Part shown: piece by piece, positions 25,341 to 36,774 of the stretch
How the letters are laid out: the number at the start of each line of letters is the position of its first letter
Position numbering within the stretch: the stretch's first letter is position 1
Source of the DNA: Octopus bimaculoides
Lineage: Eukaryota
Assembly: GCF_001194135.2 (NCBI RefSeq)
Contig: NC_068992.1
Location: forward strand, 37,086,725-37,150,724
DNA: 64,000 nt
Direction: 5' to 3'
The notes under the pieces: model-generated
Database searches by the model: none
What the model was told of the DNA's origin: nothing
Seen by the model: only the letters and a program-made list of their open reading frames with translations
Program-made: the position numbers and the translations under genes

Positions 25341-27434
25341 TAAATTGCTTTGGTGGGGTTTTTTTCACCAAATAATTGAACTACCAAGAAGGTTAATGAG
25401 TAGCAGAGCAATCTGTTTCTGATAAACCTAGGAATGGAAAACCAAATTGAAGGCTGGTTATTGTGGAGGTCATTGCACTTTAATGATCATGGAACCTATA
25501 AGTTTGCAAGCGATGCAAAGTAGAGCTACTGAAGTGTTTTGGGAGTAGATTACGGATAATGACTACAAAATATAGTTATTTTTCCTGAACAATGAGTGGC
25601 ATATTCATCAGCAAGATCACAGTTGAGCACTTTTGATGCCCATTAACTACTTGATGGCTTCCAATAGCCATGGGCAAAAAAAGTTTAGGAAAATGGGTTT
25701 TAGTGTACCAAGTGTTAATTGATTTTATTATAAGCTAACAAAAGCCCCTTTATTCTGTCTTCCCACATAGCCTGGGCATAAACTAACAGTGACTGCCACA
25801 TAAAGTTAAATTTGTATGGAACTTCTGAAAGATATGTATAGCTTTTGCTAGTGGAAGTAAAACTCTTATTTAAAGGTTGATTTTTTTGGATGAATCATAT
25901 GTGAATGTTTAAAAAAAGCAAGAATGGCAATGCTAAAATGTTTTTGAAACAATGGACAACAGTCGAAATATTATAATAGATGAGTAAATAAACATCCTTA
26001 AAGTGAAACAACGCATCGGCAGGTAAACAAAGGTATCAACAAATAGAAGAGAAGGAAGGGAAAATCACCTTTCAAGTAATTCAGAATAGGTAAAGGTAAG
26101 CTTGCCAAAGTTTAATGCAGTTTAAATATGGAGATTAAGATTGTTTGTTATTGGATATTCATCACGTACAATGTTTCTAGTCAATTTAATCACCATTGCT
26201 GGTGGATAGTCAAAATAAATGTGGAGACTGAGAGTTGGAAAGGGAGAAAATAAATTGCCATGTGAAATAAGAATACGATAGCTTTAAATTGTTAAATACC
26301 AAAGTAAAGTGAAAAAAATATGGAATTTTGTTTTTTCATAAAAAAGAAGGTAGAATCAAAAACCTTTTCACAAATATTTGGTAGGGCAAGGCTGGTATTT
26401 ATCAGCTTGAGAACAATTGCTATAAACTAAGAAGACCAGTGTGCCACAGTCTTAGTTTTATTTACTAATCTGTAGTTTTAAATTGAATTTCTGGATAATC
26501 CTGTGCCAATCGTATACTAGAATTATTTCTATTCCTCTCACACTTTTTGTCTGTTTTTCTCTCTGTCTTTCTAGAAGAAATCAGCTCTAGTCAAATTTAG
26601 CAAGGCTTCTGCCAGATCTAAAAATGCCTAAGACATGCCATATGTCATGATAGCCCTACTGCAACTCCATCAAAGAGTAGAAAGCCTTAGACAAGACCAA
26701 GGCAAGTTTTAATAAATATTCCTGGATGGTGGAGTGGAAACTAAATATCTTATAGTAATTAATGTGAACCAGTTACATTCTAGATTCAAATAATACGGAA
26801 GCTGGCTTTACTTTTCCAATTTCTGTAGCCAGTAAAATAAGTACTAAACATTTACTGAGTTCAGTTCAATTGATGTAACAATCCTTTAAAAACATGTGGT
26901 CTTATATCACAGTGAGAAATCAACAATGGTTACAAATTATCTCAAATTTTATATGATAAAGCAGACCGGAGAAAAAGAGAAATTGTCAGGTTTCAAAGAA
27001 CATCAACAATATAACAGAGGTGAAATAACCTCAATCAGAAACCAAAACTAGACAACAGACTCAGCTTTGCTGCTAATTATCACTTTTGTGCTTTCTAAAT
27101 CTAAATCAACTGCAAAGATGGGAAAAGAAATATATAAATACATATATATATATACTTACAACATTCCAATATAATTTCGTGCAGCATAATCAATGAGTGT
27201 GAATAGTGTACCCTGTTTTTCCTAAAAGAAAGGATCAAGTTTAAATATAACACTAAGTCAAAAAACAGTCAAAAAGTGGGAAATGAAACAACAGAGAAAG
27301 AATGCAGTATGATGAATAAGGTGTTAGTTTAATATCAGAATGAAAAGAAACAATATCCTTGATGTTAACTCCTCATTATGAGATAAAAGGAGGCATAGAT
27401 GAAAAAATATGAGAAGGCAGGAGAGAGGGGAGTA

Positions 27435-27437
27435 GTG

Positions 27438-27502
<65 letters not shown>
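27435..27502 (+). repeat. (CAG)n(TAG)n microsatellite; (ATAC)n at ~27690-27730
   Basis: Direct reading. Confidence 0.95.
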
Positions 27503-29266
27503 TTAGGAAAATGAAGGATGACAACTAAAATGGTTTGAAACCCTGGAAATAACTTTCCAAATGAAGTGATGTAAAAAAAAAAGTATGGCTAAGTGTGTAA
27601 GTCAAGTGCTTATGTATGTGTAAGGAGGTTGTGCATATATGCAATGTGAGAATAAACAAAGCATGTGACAAGGTATGCATGCATGCATGCATACATACAT
27701 ACATACATACATACATACATACATACATACATAGAATATATACAGCATGTTTAAACCTCTTTCTCCAAGACCGTTGTGAAAGTAATAACATCATCCCAGC
27801 AGAACAAGCAGCTGGGAAGAAGGGAGTCTGGGGATGTACTGAGTAATTGTTCATAAATAAAACTGTAATGTCAAAGGTATGGGAGCATAAGAGGAATCTA
27901 GTTTCAATGTGGTTGGACTACAAGAAAGCTTTTGACTCTGTCCCCCATTCATGTGTGCTAGAAGCCCTTCAACTTGCTAAAATTCCTGAGCATAGTCAAA
28001 GCCACAGCTGACCTGACTTCATCGTGGGCCACCATCTTGAAATTAAACACAAGGTATGACTGTTTTATCATCGATAAAATGCAGTATCGCAGAGGCATAT
28101 TCCAAGGAGACAGCCTCTCTGTGATGTTGCTAGTATTTTCTGTAAACCCCTTGTCATTCATGTTAGGCAACTCTGAAGAACATCTCACTGGTTCACTGTT
28201 TCTCTGTGGATGACTTGAAACTGTATGCCAAGAATATGCATGAGATAAAAAAGAGTGTTGACCGGGTTACAACATTCTCAAAGGATATAGGGTTATAGTT
28301 TGGCCAGGATAAATGTTGCTATATGGTAGTGAAAAGAGGGAAAACTACTATAAACCAGACTAGCAACATCATCAGTGACTTAACTGTTTCCTCTATATCT
28401 GATGAGGAATGTTACAGGTATCTAGGAGTGGGTGAAAGCATATCTTACAATGGCACCTGTAACAAAAAAACATGTCACTAAAGAATATTACTGCTGAATA
28501 AAGAAAATATTTTTTTTATGGGCTTTGGAAATCTCTGCATTCAATAAAACATTGCCCACAATATGTTTGCAGTGCCAGTACTCATACCAACATTTGGGCT
28601 ACTTTAATGGATGCTTGATGAGATCTGAGCTATTGATGTGGAAACCTGGAAGATACTGACCAACACAAATAATTTTCACATCAATAATGACGCAGACTGC
28701 CTCTACCTAAAATAAAAACAAGGGGGCAGGGGCTTAACACCGATCCAGACTGCCTTTGAATGTTGTATCATATCCCTTTGGCAACATCTTTTAACCACCA
28801 AATGTCAAAGTGCATCCCTTGACCAAGTTTGCATGCATGTAGCTGATTCATAAGACTTGAAAAGCAGCTCCTTGAGCAGCATTCACCTTGTCTGATAAAC
28901 TTAAATACATTCCCAAAGAAGTCGCACAACTCTACTGTAATGTATCATCAGATGAAAGGATGAGCATATATCAGTAGAAGACCATGCATGGAGATGTTAT
29001 TAGAAATAAGAACCAGTCATAATAAAAAAAGAATACTGTGTCTCAATAAAAACCTGAATAAAATGTAAACATAATAGACCTGACAGAGTCATTTTGAACA
29101 GAGAAGAGAAGCTGTGTACAGTTGTAGAAATCAGTTTCCCAACAGACGTTGATATAAAATTAAAGATCAGCAAAAAAGAAAATACCTACTCTGAACTACT
29201 GGAAAATTATCCAGATTGCAAGTTCAGGTTTATACCTGTAATTATTGGGGCACTGGGATATGTAAC

Positions 29267-29537
29267 TATGATGATGATGATGATGAGAAGAAGAAGAAGA
29301 AGAAGAAGAAGAAGAAGAAGAAGAAGAAGAAGAAGAAGAAGAAGAAGAAGAAGAAGAAGAAGAAGAAGAATGGAACAATCCTTCCACATGACAAGTGGTA
29401 TGTGTTAGTTGTTACAAATACTGTGACGTTGAGAAGTTAGGTAAGTTGGTCATAGATACTCATGTCTTTACTTGTCTAACTAACTATACTGCTATACTGG
29501 AGTGGGCGTTATAACAGTCTGACACTGGATTACAACA
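29267..29537 (+). repeat. 5' LTR containing (GAT)n(GAA)n expansion
   Basis: Aligns to 33566-33742 from AATGGAAC to GGATTACAACA. Confidence 0.88.
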
Positions 29538-32500
29538 GTGGTGATGAGGAATTAACAAACTCACAAGGAATTAACAAATGCACAAGGATTAAACAAACTC
29601 ACAAGGTGTTATGAAACTCACAAAAGTTTTTGCGCAAATTTTATGGTATGCAAAATCGCAAAATTATGGAAGATTTGTTGGCCGGTTTGCTCAAGTTGCA
29701 AAAACAGCAACAACAAGTGCAAGAACAACAACAACAACACCAATTATTATTACAGCAACAAATGCTACAATTAATGATGAGAAAGTCATCCAAAAATGCT
29801 GAAAAGACATTGTTGCCAGATTATGTTGCAAACTCAATAATGGAATTTAAGTATGAACCAGACGAAGGAGTTACCTTCAAGGCATACTATAGAAGATCCA
29901 AACAGATCTTCAGTAAAGAGTGCAAAGATTGGGACGATGATATGAAAATATGTCTAATCCTAAAAAACTGGCAGCAGGAGAACATGAGTGTTACAGCAAT
30001 TATGTACTCTTAGAAAAACCATCTGATATAAACTTTAGAAATACAATAGATATTTTGTGTAAAATTTTTAGCGAGAAAAGCTTGTCGTTGAATACACATG
30101 GGAAATGTCTGAACCTAGAAAAGAACAATGAGGAGGACAACATCACACTTGCTGGTAGAGTTAACAGAGAATGTGAAAAGTTCAAACTGGATGAGTTAAT
30201 GCCAGGCATGCTCAAGTACCTGATATTTACTCAGGGACTAACTGTAGAAAAAGACACAGAAGTAAGAACAAGAATTCTCACTAAGCTGGGACAAAACAAG
30301 CTGTAACCTTACAACAAGTATCAGAAGAGTGTGAAAGAATAGTAAATTTAAGACACGACACAGAAAATTGAACACAAAGATTGCTCCGAGGTAAAGCAAG
30401 TACAAAACAGGCAGAATAGAAATCAAATGTGTACTAAAATACAGTACAAACAGGACAAAATCAGGAAATAAACCCATGTTTTGCATGTGGAAGTCTGTGG
30501 AAAAATTGGACACGTAAAACCAAGACAACAAAACGGAACAAAGAAAAAGGAATAAGCAAGATGTCATTGAAAGAAAATGGTAGTGTGACAAAGAGGAAAT
30601 TCGTAAATGTGAAAATTAAAAATATAAGAGTAAAAATGCAGTTAGATACTGGAAGTGATATTAACATTGTGAATGAAGAAACTTGGAAGTATATTGGTAA
30701 GCCAAAGTTAAGTAAATCTACAAAAGTAACACACAGTGTTATGGGTAAAAGATTGTATTTTGTAGGTGAATTTGTGTGTAATGTGACATTTTGTGACCAA
30801 ATGAAAATGGCAAAAAAATTCAGCTAATCTATTCAGCACAGAGTGGATGGAACTGTTCAAATTGTGGAATATGCCCATAAGTGTTTTTTGTGTGCGAATA
30901 TAGTTGGTTCAATTGAAGTTTCAAATGTGACTGAGGGACTGAAACAGAAAATAGAACATTTATTTCCAGATGCTTTCTGTGATGAACTGGGCTGCAGCAC
31001 AAAAACGAAGGCAAAATTGTAGTAACACTGGTATTTAAGCCAAAACATAATGTACCATTTGTGGCGCTAGTGTGGCACTAGAACAGGTAAATAAGGAACT
31101 TGAAAGACTTGAAAGCCTAGGAATAATCAAGGACTACTCAGATTGGGCAGCACCTACAGTCTACATAAAAAGAAAAACAGTAAGTTAATTTCTTGGAGGC
31201 ATAGAAGTCAAAGAAGAAGGCTCACACTTATTAGCCATTAATACACACCGTGACTTATTTAAATTTAAGCAGTTTCCCTTTAGTGTAAAAGTGGTCCCTT
31301 CTATATTTCAACAAATAATGGATACAATGCTAGCAGACAGTGATCTTGCTATTGCCTATTTAGACGATAACTTAATAAAAAGCAAATCACACAAAAAACA
31401 TATAGAGTACATAAAAAGGGTATTTAAAATAAGAGAATATGGTTTAAAGTAAAGTGAAGAAAAGTGTGAGTTCTTTCTGAAAAATTGAAAACTTGGGCCA
31501 GATAATAGATAAAAACAGATGGAAACCAGATCCATCCAGAGCAATTGCAATAAAAAATATGCCCATGCTGAATAATGTGACTATGCTACAAGCATTTTTG
31601 GGATTAGTAAATTACTATCAAGTTTATATTCCTAATATACATAATGTAAGAGCCCCATCAAATGATTTGTTAAAGAAAAATGCAAAGTGGTGATGGCATT
31701 TGATGAATTAGAAAACATTTTAACATCAAACTTATTTGTTAATGCATTTTGATCCAAAGCCAAATATTATATTGGCTACAGATGCGAATGATTATGGTGT
31801 GGAAGCACTGCTTTTGCACAAATATAACGATGGGAATGAAAAGGCTATAGTCCATGTATCATGATAGTTATTATCAGCAGAAAGGAACTATAACCAAATA
31901 GAAAAGGAAGTATTAGCAATCATATTCGATGTGAAAAATTTGCATAGATTTATTCATGGAAGAGTTTTCCATCTACAAATGGATCATTGCCCACTACTGT
32001 CGATATACAGTTCTAAAAGAAGAATACCAGCACACACAGTGAATAGACTACAGCAATGGGGCACTACAATATTTAATTCTGATTATAAAATGGAATATTT
32101 ACTGTCAAAAAAACTAGGGCATGTGGATGGTTTGTCCAGACTGATACTGAAACACTGAGAGCCATTCTAAGATATGGTAATTGCAGCATTAAGATCAGAA
32201 GGAGAAATAAAAAATGTAATGAGGAATGTGATACGCAAATCATCGATGACCCTTGAAGACATAAAACGAAATGAGGAAAAGGACAAACTCATAACAGAAA
32301 TGAAAGGAATACTGTGAACAGGAAAAGTAAATAGGAACAGGATTGGTGCAAAATGAAAAACCATCATGTGAACCTATACTCAATTTTTGATGGTGTACTG
32401 ATGTATACACAGAAAGTAGTAATACTTGAAACACTGCAAAAGAAAAATGCTGAGCGAATTCCATGTTGGACATCCTGGTATTTTGAGGATGAAAACTTTA

Positions 32501-33565
32501 ATGCATAGCTATGTGTACTGGCCAAAAATGGATAGAAAATAGAAAATTTAGTGAAAGGCTATAGAGGATGTGCCCCAGCAGCAAAATTACTGATGATAAA
32601 AAGTTAACCTTGGCTAAAAGTAGATGTTCTCTGATCAAGATTACACATTGATTTCACTAGTCCCTTAAACAGTTCATGCTACTTGGTGGTAGTAGATAGT
32701 TTCACTAAATGGCCAGAAATTTGTATGTGTAAAAATCCAACCTCCTCAACTATGATAAACTTCCTACAGGAGTTGTTTGTGAGATTTGGTGTCCCAGACA
32801 CAATAGTATCTGACAATGGAACGCAATTTTCGTAAAACATTCACTGTTGAACATGTAACTACTGTGCCATATCATCCTAGATCTAACAGACAAGTAGAAC
32901 ACTTAGTCAATATGTTTAAAAGAGCCTTAAGAAAATCAAATAAGGAAGTCATGGATGAGGTAGCTCTACAAGAATTCCTAAGAGTATACTGGGTGACACC
33001 AAATCCAAATACACCAGCAGGTATGTCACCAACGGAGCTGATGTTTGCAAAGAAAATAAAATCAGTTTTCGACAAATTGCTAATTCGTAAGTAAAGGAAA
33101 ATTGTAATGGATAATACAGGAAGATATTTCAAAATTTGTGAAAGTTTATTTGTTAGGGCATATAAGAACAGAAAACAAAGTTGGGAAGATGGTGTGATTA
33201 CCAAAAGCATAGGAAAAATGTTATACTTGGTACAAGAAAGAAAAGGGATGTATATGACACATGAACCAACTAAAAAAAAGATTTGTTGAGAGCGAACCTG
33301 AGAGAATGGAAGAACCAATGGAATGGCTATATGATACTTTTCAAGTACCAACGCAGCTACAGATAATTGAATCCAGATACACAAGCGAAGGAAAAAGAAA
33401 ATGTACAGAGTTCCCGGAAGTGGATGCCAAACAAAAAAAATATTAAATTTGTAACAGTATGAGATTTTTTGTCAAATTTTTACATCACTGGAGTGATGTA
33501 AAAATTTATTGGAATTAAAAAAAAATTACGCTTCCTAAGAAAAAATAAAACATGAAAAGGGGAGA

Positions 33566-33742
33566 TGTTATGGGGATAATAATAATAATGGAACACCCCT
33601 CCCATGCAACAAGTGGTATGTGCTAGTTGTTACAAGTACTGTTACGTCGAGAAGTCGGTCATAGATAGTTGTGTCTTTACTTGTCTAACTATACTGCTAT
33701 ACTGGAGTGAATGTCATGACAGTCCGACATTGGATTACAACA
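33566..33742 (+). repeat. 3' LTR (TGT...ACA)
   Basis: Preceded by PPT, followed by TSD. Confidence 0.9.
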
Positions 33743-34076
33743 GTAACACACTGCCTAAGTACCAGTGTTAAGAAATTCAGCTTCTCAGAACTGGAAAGGA
33801 GAAAGTTGATTTAAAGACTACCAATCCAAGGCATCACTGGAACTGTAAAAATCTGTAAAACTTTCCAGGAGTTTATAATTTAAGTATATATGAGCATGTC
33901 TAGCCATGCAACTGTATGCATGAGAATACGTACATAAAACAAAAATACAAATCTGCACATGTACATACAAAAATACTCAGTTGGTGTTATTGAAATTCCA
34001 ATGAAAGAGCCTTGGATCTAGGTTAGAAATCGGCTCTTTCTCTATTAGCAAGAAATCTTGAAATAAAACTGGATAA

Positions 34077-34109
<33 letters not shown>

Positions 34110-34458
34110 CATGCTTACAAACATAGGATGCAGCAATACATACAATGAAGCAACAAGCTACATATTTGGTGTGAATACTATCTCCAACTTTGAAGCCAAA
34201 ACTATCAGCCCTGTTAAATAACTGGTTAATCATCTGATGAATTGACTGAAGGAACCTTTTATTCAATATTTTCATTTCAGACTTGAACTTGGTATGAAGA
34301 GAATTGCTTCAAAGATCATGGCAGAACACATCAACAGAAGGAAAATAGCATGGTAAAAGGTAAACAGATACATTTTAGCAGTAGTTTTAGAAGAAATCAT
34401 GACTATAAAATGTATTATTTACAATGGCTGGATAGGTGTCCTCACCTTGTTTGATTTT

Positions 34459-34505
34459 ATCACAACATTTCGGCTGATGTACTCTCCAGCCGTCATCAGG
34501 TGTTC
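34459..34505 (-). ncRNA. Minimal type I hammerhead-ribozyme-like motif
   Basis: AACAC CTGATGA C GGCTG gagagtacat CAGCC GAAA TGTT GTG: 5-bp stem II, stem I CAC/GTG, very short stem III. Confidence 0.65.
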
Positions 34506-34866
34506 TGGTGGAATTTCGAACCCAACCCTTTATTTGACTAATGGGGTACACTGTTCTCATTCCTAAGGTATGTTGCTGGTGTTAATTTTCTGTTGACATT
34601 ATTTTTCAAGTCCCTACCTAGGTGTGAACTAAGAATCCAAGGGTTAGTAGCCCATGCACTAATCTACTATGTTATATGCTGTGGGCATATAATTTAAAAA
34701 CGTAGTGGATAAGAGTGTGGGCTACTAACATTCGAGTTCTAAGTTCAATCCCAGGCAGGGACTTAAAAAAAATAATAACAGAAAAATAACATCAGCAACA
34801 TACCTTAGGAATGAGTATAGTGTACCCCTTTAGTTAAATAAAGGGTTGGGTTCGAAATCCCACCAG

Positions 34867-34911
34867 AACACCTGATGAAGGCTGGAGAGTACATCAGCTG
34901 AAAGTTGTGAC
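34867..34911 (+). ncRNA. Minimal type I hammerhead-ribozyme-like motif (second arm)
   Basis: AACAC CTGATGA A GGCTG gagagtacat CAGCT GAAA GTT GTG; one base shorter after GAAA than the left-arm copy. Confidence 0.55.
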
Positions 34912-36774
34912 AACAACAAACAAGGTGAGGACACCTATCTGTCCATTGTAAATAATGTACATAATTCTTCAACTCAAAAATAAAGAATAGTATGAAATGC
35001 ATTTTGTTTTAGTTATGAACTCAATGATAACTTATTTAATTGCTGAAAATGGGTAAAGGAAAATCTTACTGTTAAGTATATGAATAGATTAAACATTAGC
35101 ACCCAGAGCTAAATTATTTTACAGCAACACAATTGTGACAGCAAGTAACATTTGTTGAACAGAGGGAGAAAGTTATTGAATGAAATTTATCTCAAGCAGA
35201 GGTGAAATCAACTTTATTTCAAACAGTGCAGACAAATGGAAGAATGATGCAAGAATACCACATGCTTTCACAGTTAACAACATTCCTACAGCTATACCTT
35301 CTATCAGCCAGTCCATATCGTAAGCAAAAACAACTACTACTACTATAATAACTAGTAGGTACAACATTTCCGATTATCACATTGCAGTGGTTAATCAGGA
35401 ATATATATTAATGAAATATGCTTTCATTAGAAAATTTCAAGAGAAAACAATTTTAGCTTTAGAATATTCTCTTGAAGAGATTAGTCTAAAAAGTAAACAA
35501 ATATAAGCAAAAGACCAACGGAAGTAGTATTAAGAGCAACTGATGAAATTGGAGAAGAATATTTACAACCCTCATACTGACTAATTAATGTCTGTTTATA
35601 TGCCTAGTCAACCACTTGTCACCCATACATGAGAGGTACTCAGGAAGTAGACAAAACCAAAACAATGGAAAAAGTATTATCATAGGTTTTGAAAACTGAG
35701 AGAAAGATTGCTAATTTATGGAAGATAATCAGTCATATTTCAATGCTTATTGCATGCAAACAAGCAAATCACTACATACCTCACCAACAAAATGTGAAGA
35801 AGAAGATAGAAATAGTATAACAAGAAATCTTGATTACAAATTCACCACACTAAAACCGGAAATAAAAGCTGTCAATGAAAAACTCCAACATCAGAAGATA
35901 GTAACTGAAAGAAAAATAATTAACATCAAACTTAACTAAAAATAAGCAGCAGTTTTCGAAGGCAGAAGAAAAACAATAAATATCATAGAGACTCCTTTCT
36001 GACAAGATACAGATTCCTTCAGTAGAAAAATCTGGAGCAAAGGAGAGTTTAACCAGGATGCTCTGTATCTAGAAGAAATCCAAAGACATTGTCCCTGCTT
36101 GACACCCAAGACAGCATCAATACTGACTGTAATTTGAAAACTTTATAGTGGAAAAGCACCAGGAAAAAACTTGATTGTTAGATACAAGAAGCTGACCTTC
36201 TACTCTACAGGTTGATAATGGGGATATTAGCAGACCACAAGTGTTAGCTCTGGCAGAAATAAAACAGATCCTCCAAAATAGAACCACTCACATGGCAAAA
36301 ACAAGGAAGCAGAAGTTTCACATTGATTCAGACAGCTGTTAAATGTATCTCTTTCGCAACAGGTTTAAAGCACAATATGTTGAAATGCATCCATAGACCA
36401 AGTTTGGATGAAAGAAAGAGTACAAATGTCAACATAAAGTGAAAGATCAGTGAAAAAGAAAACACCTTCACTGACCTATTGAGAAATTTACAGATACTCT
36501 ACTCAGATTACAAGTTTACATTTATACCTATAATTGTTGTGGCACTGCCTCAGCACCAATCTTGAGAAATTAGGGTTCTCAAAACCAGAAAGAAAGTTAA
36601 TTACAAGATTACAGATACAAACCATCAATGGATTTGTCAAAATATCGCAAAATATGTAAAACTTTCCAAAAGTTAAGCATATACATACATACGCATATGT
36701 CTAGATATGCAACTATATAAAACATAACATACAGATTTGCACATGTATAGGCATATAGATACAGCTATCTAGTG

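Larger units (their letters stand above)
29267..33742 (+). mobile_element. Full-length decayed Ty3/Gypsy (Mag/K02A2.6-like) LTR retrotransposon
   Basis: 5-bp TSD GTAAC (29262-29266, 33743-33747); LTRs 29267-29537 and 33566-33742; PBS-like TGGTGATGAGGA (29539); PPT AAAAGGGGAGA; Q-rich gag, protease MQLDTGSD, RT YLDD, RNase H ATDANDYGV, integrase IVSDNGTQF; many stops. Confidence 0.93.
27745..34078 (+). mobile_element. 5'-truncated R4-like REL LINE copy 1, split by a Gypsy insertion (LINE parts 27745-29266 and 33743-34078)
   Basis: RT WLDYKKAFDSVPH, GIFQGDSLS; REL region VVEISFPTD...KISKKENTYSELL...IPVIIGALGYV|THCLSTSVKK...TGTVKICKTF resumes after the LTR element; microsatellites on both sides. 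Confidence 0.88.
34411..34961. mobile_element. ~550-bp foldback element: two head-to-head units, each a tRNA-like head plus a hammerhead motif
   Basis: Arms 34411-34678 and 34684-34961 are reverse complements along their whole length; central TTATATGC-TGTGG-GCATATAA; each arm has GGG-CTACTAA anticodon-arm-like and GTTCA B-box-like segments and an AACAC-CTGATGA...GAAA motif. Confidence 0.88.
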
